A stretch of DNA of 64,000 nt, from the NCBI RefSeq assembly GCF_009914755.1, contig NC_060935.1. One strand, 5' to 3'. A program made the translations under genes and the position numbers. Positions within the stretch are counted from its first letter, which is position 1; the number at the start of each line of letters is the position of its first letter. Source of the DNA: the human T2T-CHM13v2.0 reference genome, Homo sapiens. Below are positions 1-15,759 of this stretch, piece by piece. The notes beneath the pieces are model-generated. The model saw only the letters and a list, made by a program, of their open reading frames with translations. It was not told the DNA's origin and made no database searches.

Positions 1-3000
1 AGAGAAATGGAAATGGCTCTGCCAGCTGGCTGCCAGGGCGCCAGCCACCGTGAGGGCTGTGGTGAGCCCCTCTTGCAGGTTCTTGGGAGGGCCGTCCTCA
101 GGACAGCCACCAGGGCTGGCTCCTTCCAGCCATGTCCCTGTGCCTTTGGGTTATCATGATTTGGGGTAAATGAGCCACAGCAGATCCTGAGGCTGGAACT
201 TGGGCTAAATCTAAAGGGATTTCGAATCAGTGGTTTCACCGTGATGGTCCTTCGGGTGTGTTTTGACCTCGATGGTGGGAACGGCTTGGCAGAGAGACCC
301 CTGAGATCTGCTTGAATGCTTCTTGGGGGCCCAGCTTCTGGAGTTGCATGACCCTGAGTTTCACAGAATGCCAGAGCCAGCAGATCCTAAAGGAAAATCC
401 CAAAGGCCTCATTGTGCAGATGGGTAAACTGAGGCTCAGAGAGGGAAAGGGATTTATCCAAGGTCTATGCCTCTGTGGACAAGGTTGGAGTAACAGTTAT
501 TTACCGTCTGCTTATAACTTCACTCACAACAACCTGATTTCACTCTCATCCCCATTTTATGTGGCAGGGGGCGGGGGTAACGAAAGGCACAGAAGGTGAA
601 ATAACTTCTCCAGATCGCATAGTTAGTAAGTCGTAGAGCTGGGATTCTCATCCAGGGAGTCCTGTTCCAGAGCCCATGTTCCCAGCTTCTTCACCAAGCT
701 GCCTCTTGCCAGTGGACTGCAGGGCTGCCCTTGTTCCTGCCCTCCTCGCCTCTCCCATGCCCCTTGGGAGTGGATTTACAGGGCTGCTAATGGGGTACTC
801 CTGGAAATCTCCAACTGATGCCCTCTCATTGTCTTCATCCATTCACCAAATATGTATTGAGCCCTGCCGGTGCCAGCAACCGTTCTGGGTGCTGGGGATT
901 TGGAAGCAGCCAGAATGGGAGGGGCTGGGGGGCTGGTGAGTCCCCAGCCCAGCACCCTCATCTCCTCTGAGGCTGGGTTCTCAGGGGGTGGCATCTGCAC
1001 AGCACTGTGGTCTCTGCCACGCAGGCCGCACACTCAGATGCCCAGCCCAGGCGGGGGGCACATGTGAATGACACAGGCTGACTGGAGACCTGGAGAGTGA
1101 GTGCCTTGCCCTTGCCCATCTGAGCAGGGCCACCACCCAGCTCCAGGGAATCGTTGCCATGTGGGACTGCCCGCGTGGTGTTGCCAGCCCTTCGGATTTC
1201 CCAGAAAAGCTGAACATCCACGTTTTTACATGGAATCTTCTGTTTCTTCGAAGTTGGCAAAAATAAAAATGGAAAAAAAGAACAGTCACCAGTTTGCAGC
1301 CTGTGCTTCCTTTCTGCCGTTGCCTCTCTGCAGGCCTGTCTAGGAGGGAGCAGGCTTTCCTTCTAGTTAATGGGCCCTTCACTCCCTGCCGTGGAAGACC
1401 CCCTCCCATTGCAGCCTGTCTCCCCGCCATGCTACACTGCCACCTGGGAGTAGAGAAAAGAGTGTGGGCTTTGCATTGCACAGACTCCAGACAGCTGCTG
1501 TGCAGCCTTGTTCAAGCCACTTAACCTCTCTGAGCCTCCATTCCTATCTGAAAAACAAAGTAAAACTGCTTACTAGGTTGTGGACAGGACTAATTACAAA
1601 CTGACTGAAACTCAAGTCAAACAAGAGTAGTCAAAAAATGGAATTTATGGGCTCAGCAGAAGCTCTAGGAGGATCTTGAGAGCTTCAGGTACAGTTGGAT
1701 CCAGGGGCTTACACTGTCCTCAGGACTTGTTCCGTCCATCCTGCCCTGCTTTCTTAGGTATGGCTCCATTCATGGGCAGGCTGTTGTATGAGGTGGCACA
1801 GTGGTTGGCTGTGCCCCTGCCCACAGCAGATTCGCCCTTCTATCCTTTCAGCAATCCCTGCAATGAAAGGGCCCTTCTCTTTCCAGCAGAGTCCCCCAGA
1901 GCCCCAGAATTGTAGCTCACAAATTGGCTAGACCCTGTATCCTCTCTTGCACCAATCACTGTGGCTGGCCTGCAGATACGAGCACTGGTTGGTCAGTCCT
2001 CAGTGGCACTCTTACCCATGGAGTGGAGCATTGGAGATGGGGGCTCCCCAGGGACACCAGGGGGCCTGGATGCCAGCAGGCAAATGCATAAATATTCTAA
2101 CTGGGCTGCAAGCCCCCTGAGGGTGGCGACCTTGTTCACCCATGGTTCCTAGCACCTAGGACAGTGCCTGGCACTTGGTAGGATGTGAACACAGAAGAGT
2201 GAGTGAACAGATAATGCTTCACAGAGTATGTAAAACACCCGACACAGAGCTGGGCATCAGCCACATCCATGCCCCTTCCACCTCCTTCCTGGAGGACTTC
2301 CGCCTTCTGAGCTGCACCTGCCTTCCTGGTCGAGTGTCACAGCTCCACAGTGCCTCCTCCTCCACTTGCTGGATCAGCCAGAGAAGCCCAAGTATGCCCA
2401 TTTGTTTTGGCAAACTTGACATACAGTAATTATAATCACTAGTGATCACATCACTTTGAATTCACAGATATTATTCTCTGAAATCATCTCATTCTTTGTT
2501 TACTTCTTTATTGCTCAGCCCAGCTCATTCATATTGTTTGTTACTCTTGTGAGACTGAGCTGCACTCAGCTTCAATTTCATCAAATGTAGGAAGGGGGTA
2601 TAATTCACCCTGCAGGGTTATAGAGAGGATTAAGTGAGATCATACAAAAATGGAATTCACTTTCACAAAGCCTGGCACAAAGTAGGTGCTCAAGAAAGGT
2701 CAGATTCCCTTTGAATTCTTTTAAGTCAAGGTCTTATTGGAGCTTACATGTATGAGCCTTTCCATGAATACATGAGAAGGTTCTTAATTCTCAGTAATGA
2801 CCACTAATGACACACACGTGCACACATAAACACACACATACACACTATCACAATCATGGAAGAACCCTAGGTCACATAGTGTAGGTGCTAAAAGTGGCCA
2901 AGAGTCAATGGATCAGCAAGACAGTTTATTATTCACAGCAAACATCAGGATCATCAGTAGGGATTACCCTACTCCCGAGTCCCATGGGTTGGCCCAGATG

Positions 3001-3280
3001 GCAACTATTCACAGTGGGCTGTGTTGCACCAGAAGAACTCAGGGCTGAGGGCTCAGCAGCTTTTGTAGCAAGCCATAAACAACTAAGTTTCCCTTCTCCA
3101 GGGAGTGAGCAGTTGCACAGTGTTCACACCAATGTCTCCTTGACCAACTTAATTACCTATATCACTAGCAGCAGAAATGATTCAGAGTCAGAGGATAGTG
3201 AGGCCTTGCAGGTGGATATACTCAGCAAGGATGTTTAGGGATGCTTAGGACCCAAGGAGGACTGCCTCTCTCATTTCACA

Positions 3281-3282
<2 letters not shown>

Positions 3283-3318
<36 letters not shown>
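3283..3318. repeat. (AC)n microsatellite
   Basis: Uninterrupted AC run. Confidence 0.95.
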
Positions 3319-3320
<2 letters not shown>

Positions 3321-5068
3321 CATACTCGTCCATTGGAATGGTGAGCTGGCTGCCTGATAGTGAGTTCCCTGTTGCTGGAGGTACTTATGCATGCTTCGGG
3401 ATGATGTATACTGTGGTTTCAAGCATCTTCTGATTTAGACTAGTGCATCTCCAACTTCGATGTGCGTACAAATCACCTTAGGCCAACTGAGTCAGGAGGA
3501 CTGCGGTGCAGAACTCAGGATTCTGCATTTCAGACAAGTTTCAGGAGATGCCGAGGCTGCCAGTCCACAGACCATAGCTTGAGAAGCAAGGATTTAGATG
3601 ACTGTTGAGGTGTCTTTAATTCTGAGATTCTGGGCAAGATTGGGCAAATACACAGCCAGTGAGAATAGCAGGGCAGGATGGAACAGCGAGGGAGGGAGGA
3701 GAAGGGGATGGGGGAGAAGTAAAGGTTGATGGGGGCAGGAGCTGTGGGCCGTGGTCAGGTTCCCTGGACTCCTTATGCCCCTGCAGCCCCTCCATCTACA
3801 AGCCTTCTCCTCTGGGTCCTGTGGTCCAGACAGGGGTCCCCTTTCCTTGTAACCAAAACACTGAAAAAGAACCTCATGGTGTTTCCTCAGGTCCTACATC
3901 CCCAAATAGAGACCCCCAACTCCAGGAATTGGGAGGAGTGTAGGTATGAGGGCCTTGCACAATGTTCAGAAGGGTAGGGGCTGCCTGCGCCGAGTGGCTG
4001 GCGGTGGGTTCCTGTCTCCCTCTGCCTCCTCCGGTGGCCTTGAGGTTTCCTCCCCTCTGGGTCTCACTTTCCTTGTCTAGAAAGGTGGGGCTTGGGTCAG
4101 GGCATCTCTGGGCATCCTTTCAGCTCTACCCAGGTTGGAATCCCAGCCCTGCCCACTAAGAGCCACAGGTGTAATGTGTGGGGAGATCACTTAACACTCT
4201 CTGGCTTCCTCACTACATCATGGGGTTAAGGAGCTGGCTAGACGAGGACACACTGGGTCTCCAGCACCCGGCAAGTGGTCAATGCAGGACAGCTCTGATT
4301 CTCCTTAGAGGAATCTACACATCCAGGCCTCTTTCAGTCGTGATCTTCCCAGCCGCCACTTTGCCATCTGAAAGTGTGGCTTCAGCCCAGAGACTGCACT
4401 CCTGGCAGCCTGACCCTGGCCCTCCACAGGCCACACCCCCTTCTCCCCAATTCTTATTTGGCTGTGGCTGACCGGGTACTTGGAGTTGTGGAGCCAGGTT
4501 GGCCTCAGGGAACTGTTAGGACTTCAGGGCCCTCTTCCACAGGTACAGCAGTGGTTGGGAGGAGCCCCCTCTGCCTGCCTCACCCCGAATCACTGACATG
4601 CTTGGGGTGGGGGTGGGGGAGAGGCAACCTGGGACTTGTATTTTAATTCTAGTAATACTGATAAGTATTTGTTACTTTTTATTGTGCAAAAAAAAGTAGA
4701 TAGAAAAGTATAATAAACTTCCACATACCTATCACCCAACCTCAACAATTAATAGCCCCTAGGCATCACTAGTATATTTTTAAAATCAGAAATGCATGCA
4801 TCTGGTATAAAATTCAGTAAGCAGTAACTACCTCTCCTCCTCTAGCCCTCAGTCTAGGAGCATCAACTGTCACAGCCTAGAGCTGTTTTGAGAATATATG
4901 AGCACATCTAAATGTGTATGTCCTTTAACACTTTATGCAACTGGGGCTTGTTTGTTTTATATAACACACTTACCGCTTACTGGCTTTGTGCCAGATAATG
5001 TTCCAAGTGTATTACACATGTTAATTCATTTATTTCTCATAACAGCCTTACCAAGTAGGTGCTATTAA

Positions 5069-5198
5069 CCCATTTATGCCTGAGGTTGCAAGTTTTTGAA
5101 TTTTTGCAATCAGACCTTGGCAATGACCTTGAGCAGTAGGATGTAAATAACTCCCACATGCTTAGCTTTCCAATAATAGAACACTAGGCATAAATGGG
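5069..5198 (-). mobile_element. MER85 (piggyBac/PGBD3-derived MITE), inserted in a MIR-like element
   Basis: Terminal inverted repeats CCCATTTATGCCT...AGGCATAAATGGG, TTAA on the left flank, degenerate internal palindrome TTTCCAATAATAGAAC. Confidence 0.85.
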
Positions 5199-5313
5199 TT
5201 TTGATATCCCCAGGCCCAGAGAAGTTAAGGAACTCCCCCAGTGTCACACAGATGGTAAATAATGCAGCTGGAAGTTGAATCCAGGCAGCCCAGCACCAGA
5301 GTCCATGCTCTTA

Positions 5314-5907
<594 letters not shown>

Positions 5908-6593
5908 TCAGGGAGTTGCAATATTATATAGGGAAGCCAGAGAAAGTAACATTGAGTGAATGCCTAGAGGGAGTAGAGGAGCAAGCCACATGGGTATAAG
6001 GCGGAAGAGCATCTCAGGCAGAGGGAATAGCCAGTGCTAAGGCTCATGTTGGAGGCAGAGCAGGGCAGCCCCTGTGGCTGTGATGTGGGGTGGGGAGTAG
6101 GAAGGGAGGAAATCTCAGAGGGAGTGGAACAAACTGTGTCAGGCCAGCACACTGCTGAAGAGCTTTGGTGTTTGCATTGCATGAAATGGGGCACCATGGG
6201 GGTTTTGAGTGGAGGGCAGAGGGCACTTGACCTGCCTTATGTTATAACAGGTACACCCTGACTGTGGGTGGGGAATGGACAGTAGGGGTAGAGTGGAAGG
6301 AGGGACACGAGTCAGGCTGTCTCTGAAGCCATTCCGGGAAGAGGGAGTAGTGGCTTAGAGCAGGGTGGCAGCCATGGAGGAGGGGTTAGGTCTGTTCCAT
6401 GGCTTCCTTCTTTGAAACTGCTCACTCTCTGTTGTGTGGCTGTGCTGTGTGGTATTTAACCAACCACCCCATCCCCCTCCATGGGTACATTGGTTGTTGC
6501 CAGTCTTTTGCTATCCCAGACAGTGCTGCAAGGAATACTGTTGCACAGATGTCTTGGAGAAATTCCTAGAAGTTGTAGGATTGAAGGTTATGG

Positions 6594-6920
6594 GTTTTTT
6601 GTTGTTGTTGTTGTTGTTTTGTTGTTTTGTTTTTTTTTGAGATGGAGTTTTGCTCTGTCACCCAGGCTCAAGTGCAATGGTGCAATCTAGGCTCACTGCA
6701 ACCTCCACCTCCTGGGTTCAAGCAATTCTCATGCCTCAGCCTCCTGGGTAGCTGGAATTACAGGCACCCACCAACACGCCCAGCTAATTGTTGTATTTTT
6801 AGTAGAAACAGGGTTTTGCCATGTTAGCCAGGCTGGTCTTGAACTCCTGACCTCAGGTGATTCACCCACCTCGGCCTCCCAAAGTGCTGGGATTACAGGC
6901 CTCAGCCACCGTGCCCAGCC
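6594..6920 (-). mobile_element. Alu (S-type) with (GTT)n-derived tail
   Basis: Antisense Alu consensus, flanked by a ggttatg duplication. Confidence 0.95.
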
Positions 6921-7344
6921 GGTTATGTGGATTTTTTAAAGTTCCCCAGTGCCAAATTGCTCTCCCTGATGCTACTAGTTTACACTCCCACCAGCAATGC
7001 TTTGGAGAGAATGCCCAGGATGTCACTTCAGTGCAGATCTTGGGCTTAAGGGAGAGGGGTGGCTGGTGATGAGATGCTGTGGCCCCACCCTGTTTGCCCC
7101 TTTGTAGGCTGAGGCACCATCAAGGCAGATGCTTTACAGAGGCACAGGCAGAGTGCTGGGCCCAGCTGGAATGGGACTGGGGATAGAGGGAATCTGCCCC
7201 TTTGATAGGGCAGTGTCCCAGTGAGGATGGCTCATGGCTGCAGGTGACAGAAACCCTGTTGCAGACAGGCCCAGGCAATAAAGCAGTGTAAGAGGAAGTG
7301 CAGAGGTAGCGTGGATTTCAGGACCTGTTGGTTCAGCACCTCAA

Positions 7345-8095
7345 CCGTGTCAGTTACAGTTTCTGTCTCTGAGATGGTTCCCAACACCAGCCCCTTCTTG
7401 GATTCTCCAACCCAACTGGGTGTCCAACAATTCAATTCAATTCAATTCTGTAACTATCTAGAGCTGGTGCAGACCCCACAAGATAAGAGCTCAGTTACAC
7501 AAGACTGCCCTCAATTCAGACACTGGTCATAAGTCCCAGGGGACTTGTACCTCTGACCAACATAAATCCAGGGCTCCTACAAACCCCTTTCTCAGGTGTG
7601 ATAATTCACTTGAATAACTCACAAAGCTCAGGAAAGTGATTTACTTACTATTACTGGTTTACATAAAGGCTACAACTCAGGAACGGCCAGATGGAAGAGC
7701 TGTGCAGGGCAAGGTGTAGAGGAAGGGACCTGGAGCTTCCATGTTCTCACTGGACCCTCCACCCTTCCAGCACCTTGCTGTGTTCACTAATCCAGAAGTT
7801 TTCTAAATCTCCTTCAAGAGTCTTCACAGAGCTTCATCTCCAGCCCCTCTTCTTGTTGCCAGAGGCCAGTGGTTGGGATTGAAAGTTCCAACCTTCCAAT
7901 CACGTGTTCTTTCTGGTGACTCAGCCTCATCCTGAAGCTATCTGGGGGGTCCCACCCTCAGTCATCTCATTAGCACAAACTCAGGTATGATCCGGTGGGG
8001 CTCCTTATGAAGCACCAAAGACACTCCTATAACCCAGGAAATTCCAAGGTTTTAGGAGCTCTGTTTTATTAGCCAGGAACCAGGGACAAAGACCA
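7345..8095. mobile_element. LTR fragment (MER21/MER4-group-like)
   Basis: Characteristic aactgggtgtccaacaattcaattcaattc...caagactgccc motif. Family name from memory; boundaries approximate. Confidence 0.55.
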
Positions 8096-8096
8096 A

Positions 8097-8380
8097 ATAC
8101 AGTCAACCCCTCCTATCCATGGGCATCCATGGATTCAACCAGCCATGGCTCAACAGACTTTCTCCTTGTGATTATTCCCTAAACGATACAGTATAGCAGT
8201 GATTTACATAGCATTAACATTGTATAAGGCATTATAAGTAATCTAGAGATGATTTAAAGTATATGGGAGGATATCCAAAGGTTATGTGCATATACTATGC
8301 TATTTTATATCCAGGACTTGAGCATCCTTGGACTTTGGTATCAGAGAGGGTCCTGGAACCAATTCCCCTCAGATACCAGG
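8097..8380. mobile_element. MER2/Tigger-type DNA transposon remnant
   Basis: tacagtcaacccctcctatccatgg...ggattcaacc and gtcctggaaccaattcccctcagatacc ends typical of MER2. Confidence 0.6.
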
Positions 8381-8860
8381 GTGCAAATGAATGTGTGTTT
8401 CTTGTCCTACCACCCTGTCCCCCTGCTCTGAGGAACTCGCTTCATGCTGAAGATGCTTCCTGCTGGGGTCCTCTGCAGGACATGGCTCCCATTTGCAACA
8501 ATGGCTGTGTGCTTTCTCCTTCTAGTCATGAAATAAAAGCCCTTCCCTTCCCTTTGATTTGGTCAAAATAAGTCAAATGTCTGATCTTGGAGGGAAATGT
8601 CATGTGCTGATTAAAGGCCAGGTTCCTGATCCAGTCATTGGGGAGGGAGGTGGCATTGCTAGAATTGGCTTAGATGAACCTGAGCCCAGCCCTGGTGCTG
8701 GGCAAAGGCTCGGTGTCTCTGAATCTCACTTAGTTGGTCCTATAAGGGAGGTGTGGCACCTGAACAAAGTCCAACTTCCAGTGGGGAGTAATGAGGTAAC
8801 GGATACCATAGAAGCCACCAGCAGGATCCACTGTGAGAAGCAAACACATAAAAAAGTTCT

Positions 8861-9259
<399 letters not shown>

Positions 9260-10499
9260 TCAAAACCTCATTTTCCATGACCCCAGCAGGAGCCTCCACT
9301 GGCTGGACCCCAGTTCCTGCGGCTGCAAAATCAGGGACTGGACAGGGTTAGAGGTCCCCATATGGGAGTTCCTTGCCCTCAGGAGGCTCCAGCAGATGGT
9401 TTTTCTTTATGTTTATTAACATATATATATTCAGAAAAGTGCACATATTGTAAAAGCTGGCTGAGTATATTTCCACAAACTTATTATACCCATGGGATGA
9501 GCACCCAGATGAAGAAATAGAACATGGCCAGAATCTTAGAACTCCTTTTCCTGCCTTTTTCCAGTTATTCCCAAGAATAACCACAAACTTCACCTCTAAC
9601 ACCATAGTTGTGGCTGGTTGGTTTTTTTTGGTAACTCTATTTAAATGGAATCATACAGTATGAGTCTGTACTCTTTGGGGGTCTCCTTTCTTTTCTTGGC
9701 ATTATCACTCATCCAGATTATAGCATGTAGTTGTAGTTTGTCTATTCTCATTTCTGCATAGTATTCTATCCACTGAATTTGGTGAATATTGTACAGTATC
9801 CTATGATCAGGTAGGACAAGTGAACAAACATGTCAAATTTCTTTGCTTTTGCTTAGGATGACGGCCGCTAACCAGTGTATTAACTCTGCTTATCATGCAC
9901 CCTGTGTGTATACAAAGAACTAGGAAGATGAATTAATTATTACCTAATGCATGCAGTCTTTTTAGTAGACATGATCTTCCAAAATGGGAATCCTAAACAA
10001 AAATAAAAACAGGTATGCTTCGGGTAGAGATATGGGGGTCCTTACCGATTGATTGATTCATTGAGTCATTGATTCATTCGTTCATCAAATATGCATCAAG
10101 CGCCACTTGTGTGCCTGATACTCAGTCTCTAATCTGGATTCCTCCTTTCTCCTAACCAATTGGCAGGATCTCAGCATCTAATGACAAGTGGGTAAAGGTC
10201 ATTGGAATTATCTTCTTTAGCAATTTCTAAACTAAATGATTATGAAGAGGTCCTCTAAAGAATATTTAAGTGACTATTTTTCAGAAGCAAAAAGAAGAAA
10301 ACAGAAATACACAACCCTCCTCCTGAACTAACCACTAGTGATACCTTAAAATATATCCTCCCAGACCCATGTGTACAGATCTGCATCATTATGTATAGAC
10401 TTTAAGTGGAATTATTTTGTACACCTGTGTAGTGTGGGAAATTAAAAGTGTTTTAATGGAATTATTTTGTATCTATCTTTTCATAGCTTTCATTAACAA

Positions 10500-11430
10500 A
10501 ATCCTTGTTTTTTAGAGCAGTTTTAGGTTCACAGCAAAACTGAGCAGAAACTAGAGTTCCCCATACACCCTGCCCCCACACACATCCAGCTTCCCGGTTA
10601 TTAACATCCCACACCAAAGTGGAACATTTGTTACAATTGATCAACCTCCATTGAAACATCGTTATCAACCAAAGTCCATAGTTTACATTAGGGTTCACTC
10701 ATGGTGTTGTACCTTCTGTGGGTTTTGACCAATGTACAATGACATGTGCCTTCCATTGTAGTATCATACAGAGTAATTTTACTGCCTAAAAATCCTCTAT
10801 ATTCCACCTATTTGTTCCTCTCTCCCCGCAACCCCTGCCAACCTCTGATCTTTTTACAGCCTTCGTGATTTTGCCTTTTCCAGAATGTCATATAGTTGGA
10901 ATCATACAGTATGTACCCTTTTCAGGTTGGCATCTTTCACATAATAACTTGCATTATCATTTAGCAATATGTTGAACGTGTGTTTTCATGTCAATAAATA
11001 TTCCTCTACAGCATTGTTAATTGCTGTCTATTATTTCATTGTATGCTAATATTTCATTGTGATATAGCATAGCAATTTCCCCCATTTTGGAGGTTTAAAT
11101 TCTTTCCTATTTTTTGCTTTTAAAAATAATATTGCAGAGGACAGCTTTGTAGGTAAATCTTTGCACGCAATTTAAATACATCCTTAGGATCCATTCCTGG
11201 ATGTGGGCTTGCTCCTACAAAGGGTTTACTTACTTTGAGGATTTTGATACATGTGCCAAATTACCCTCCAGAAAGGTTACACCAATTTACACTCCAACCA
11301 GTGGGATATGAAGTACTAATTTCCCCTACACTCTTGCCAACTCTGAATAACATCAAGATTTTTCATCTTTGCCAATTTATTAGAGGAGAAATGATATTTA
11401 TTTGTTTTAATTTGTATTTATTTGAGTATT
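10500..11430 (-). mobile_element. Old L1M (L1MB/MC/ME) 3' fragments
   Basis: gagcagttttaggttcacagcaaaactgagcag..., ttgccttttccagaatgtcatatagttggaatcatacag and similar L1M 3'-end motifs. Boundaries approximate. Confidence 0.7.
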
Positions 11431-11581
11431 AATGTCTTCATGGTTTTCCTTAAAGCATATTAGCCATCTATTGGTCTTTGCAGATTGCTTGTTCATGTTT
11501 TCTTTTTATCCATTTTTTTTTCTATTGAGGTAAGCATCTTCAGAGCATATATTTATAAAAAGTATTTATTAGGGGTATTCA

Positions 11582-11911
<330 letters not shown>

Positions 11912-14900
11912 TCACCACCATGTGCACATCTGATGTCTGTTATACTTTTAAATATTAATAAAATGAATGATAATATTTATAGGGTACTTACGATAGGTCA
12001 GGCATTATGCTGTGTTAAACAGCCCTATGAGATAGGTTCTGATATCAGTGCCACAGGACGGATGGGGAAACCAGGTAGGCGTGGTTAATGCAGTTTCTCA
12101 AGGTTACACAGTTTGTGAGTGGCTGTGCTGGTGTTAATTGATTAACAAAATACATGGTGACATAAGGTTTCTATGAATTCAATAACACTTTTAAATACAT
12201 TTATCTTTTGTGTTCATCACAAAAGTATTCATTTGCAAATCTGTCTTATACATGTAAGTTTAAGGCATATATTTATGTTCTCTATAGGCATGCTTGCTGA
12301 GAATATAAATTCAATAACTCCCTATAATAATTCCAAGCCCTTGCCCACCTCTCACATGGTATACTGTTAAGGACTATGAGTTGGACCTTTTATTTTACAG
12401 GAAAGAGAAACTGAGGGCAAGGCAGAAACTTTATCAGGGTCACCTAAAAAACTGACAGCACAGCCAGAACTGAGACCCAGGGCTTGGGATTCCCAGCCCA
12501 AGTCAAGGTCAGCATGTGGCTTGGGCCAGCACCCTAACCTCATGTCCTTTTGGTATCAATGGGAACAACAGAGATGCTGTGGTAGGTACCAGAGTAAACC
12601 TTCTAGATTCTCATGGTGCCAGCCTCTAGGGAAACCAAGTGGGCACAGATCCCCAGTCCCCTGGCTACACTGGCTCCTGGGCATTCCAGGATCCTGGCAC
12701 CCTGCCAAGGGTGAAAACAGAGCTGCAGACTCCTGGGCTGCATTCTGCCCCCTTCTTTTGGGTTTGCAGCTCACTGCTGGGTTTGCAACAAGCCTAATCT
12801 CTGCATGTGCAGACTTAGAGGAGCCAGCTGAGAGGGAGCATTGCCAGCAGCTTGGAATCCTCCATGAAGCCTGCCGACCCCCCTTCCCCCAAGACTTTTG
12901 CTGGGCAGGTAGGACTAGAGCATTCTTCAGAAAAGGCAACAGGGGCTTTACCTGGGCCAGGCCTTAGAGTGTCTGCTGAGATGGACTCAGTGAAGGACAC
13001 CAGCACATGTTCTCCCTCTCTCTCTCCCCAGTGGAAGTTCATTTGGTCCTGCCACATCCCATCTTCTCCCTCCCTGTCCCTATGGCCTTTATCACAAGCA
13101 CAAAAGTCTGTCTATTTCAAAGTAGAGATGTCTATGGGCCACTTGAGAGTTGGAATGCACATTAGTCCTTTGAGGCTTGATCCTGGTTCTCCGGGCAGCC
13201 AGCTCCAAGAGTAGAAAGAAATTATATGTGCATATAGTCAATAAATAGGTGTCAGATAATAAGGACTCGGTAACTCATTATGTTTCCCTTTATGCTTTGG
13301 CTGCCAGGAGGCTCAGAATTGAATGAAGAACTCAATCACTAACCCTTTTACAACAGATTCCCGGCATAACCAACACCCCTCTTTCTCCATGAGGCCTCTA
13401 ACACTATCTCTGGTTGTTTCTTAACTGTCCTGTTTAGTATGTGTTTGTTTTATAAAACATTGCAAATCTTTTGTGTGGTGAAGGTGGGATGTGAGAGATA
13501 GGACATAAATGCAAATGGCCCACAGATGTCTCTACTTTGAGATACAAAGTAATACTTTGCCCACAGGGGGTGGTTTGCTGGGAATGATTTAAGACAGGAA
13601 AACGTTTATATGCCTCGGTCCTTCTCTTTCAATCTCCCTTCCCCTCCTCATCTTCTCTTTTCTCCCTTCTCTCCTCCTTCTCTCCCTGTCTTACCCTCCG
13701 TCCTTTATTCTCTTACTATTGCCTATCCTCCCTCCAAACCCCTTCCGCATCCCTCTGTGCCCTCCTCGTTTATTCCTAATGGGGACCACCTCCTCCTGGC
13801 AAGTATCAGTATTTCCATTTTGCAAAAGAAGACACTAAGGCCCTAGAAAGTGTAAGTGACGTGCCATGGCCACACTGATTATCCTCCCCAACTTATCGTC
13901 AGAATCCGGCTCTGAGTCTCATGAGTCTAATTCCATCCTACCCCCTAGTGCTCCATCCTACCCCCCAGTGCACCTCTGCACCCTTCAGTGCCCACCCTGC
14001 CAGCATCTCTCACTACCTGCTCTGCCTGGCGGAGATCACTGGAAGAGAGCTCCATAGGGAATCAAACCCCCACCCTGTTTTTCCTGCTGACGTCTCTTTC
14101 AGAGTTGAGATTCCCAATGGGACCAGTGGGACACATCAGAGGGACCAGTGAGATATGAAGGGGAACATTTGGTGAATATTTACTGAGAATATGCTGTGTG
14201 CTGGGCAAAGTGGAGAGTCAGCCAAGCAAGGTTCTCAGGGTGCAAAATTGAAAGAGGTTCTCACTCTCAGGTGCCAGTCCTGCAAGCGTATGACCCTCAG
14301 AGTGAAAGCCTCCTAGTACCTGGCTTGTCTTTCCCTAGTCTTGGCCCTGGTGCCAGGCACTGTTACAGGTGCTGGCAGTTCAATGGTGGCCTGCACCCTG
14401 TCCTCGGGGAGCTTACAGTCTATTAAGGGAAACAGATATTAATCAAGTAATCCTGCTAACAAAAGACGGTTATACATGTCACACTGCCATGAAGTGTGAC
14501 ATGGGGCTAGGAGAGGGTGTTTTTGGTGGCAGTTGGAGGGGGGCAGTGAGGTCTGAAGTCTGGATAGGAGTTCCCCAGGTGTTCTGCAGGCTAGGACTCA
14601 GCAAGTTCACAGGCCCCATGGCAGGATGGAGAATGGCATACAGGTGGGGCTTGTGGAGGGCAGAGGGGCCAGAGCAAGGGAGCCCCATGCAAAGCAGTCC
14701 TCAGCAGTCCGTTCCAATAAAGCGTCAGAGTTTCCAAATGACTGACTTAAAAAAAATAAATCCCAGCCAATGGAGAGAATTTGAAGCCACCCCTTGATGA
14801 TGTCACTAGCACTCATCTTCCTGATCAGCATTCTTTAGTGGGATGTGCAGAGACTGGCCCCTCCACACTCGTCTGTGTCCACGGAATACAGCTATGTCTG

Positions 14901-14969
14901 TGATAGAATCTATTATTAGCCACATTTTCTAGATGAAGAAATGAGAACACAGAGAAGTTAGATAACCTG

Positions 14970-15290
14970 CTGTATTAGTCATCTCAGGCTGCCATGACAA
15001 AATACCGTAGATGGGGGTGCTTAAACAACAGCCATTTATTTCTCACGGTTTTAGAGCCTAGGAAGTCCAAGATCAGAATGCCAGCCTATTGGTTCCTGGT
15101 GGTGGCACTCCGCCTTGTGGATGGCTGCCTTCTGGATGTGTCCTCATGGTGGAGAGGGCCCTGGTGTGTCTTCCTCTCCTTATAAGGGCACCTAACCCTT
15201 ATGACCTCAATTAATCTTGATCACCTCCTCACAGCCCCATCTGCAAATACAGATACTCTGGGGCTGAGGGCTTCAACATATGAAGGGGAG
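14970..15290. mobile_element. MLT1 (MaLR) LTR
   Basis: tgtattagtc...ggctgccatgacaaaatacc...ttaaacaacag...tttatttctcac...ggaagtccaagatc...cttcaacatatga. Confidence 0.75.
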
Positions 15291-15759
15291 TGGGGTCCAT
15301 AACACCTGCCCAGGATCACACCGCCCATCAGTGGGATTTGAACTCAGGCACTGCCTGTCCAGTGCCCAGGCACCTAACCACTGAGGCTCCGCCCCAGGAT
15401 GTATGGTGGGGGGTACTGCCCATCCCAGTGAGAGTTCCTCAGGGCAGCAGGTGTTCAGGGATCCTTCACAAATCCACAGGGCCTTGCTCCCACCTGGCAG
15501 CTGGACTTCTGAGCTGGGACCTGAACCCACTTAAGGGTGATCCCAGCGATTGTTCGGTAGAGGACTGGACTGAGGATACTGCATGGTGAAGCCAACTTGA
15601 AACACTTGAATCTGGGGGTTCAGCCAGTTTCCAATTTACTAAGCAGCCATCGGGTGTGGTCTGCATGACCTTCGGCAAGTCGCTTGACATCTTCCAGGCC
15701 CCAATTCCTGCGCCCTCACAGGAGGCAGGGGGCCATCCCACAGGCTTTGAGGTCGGTCG

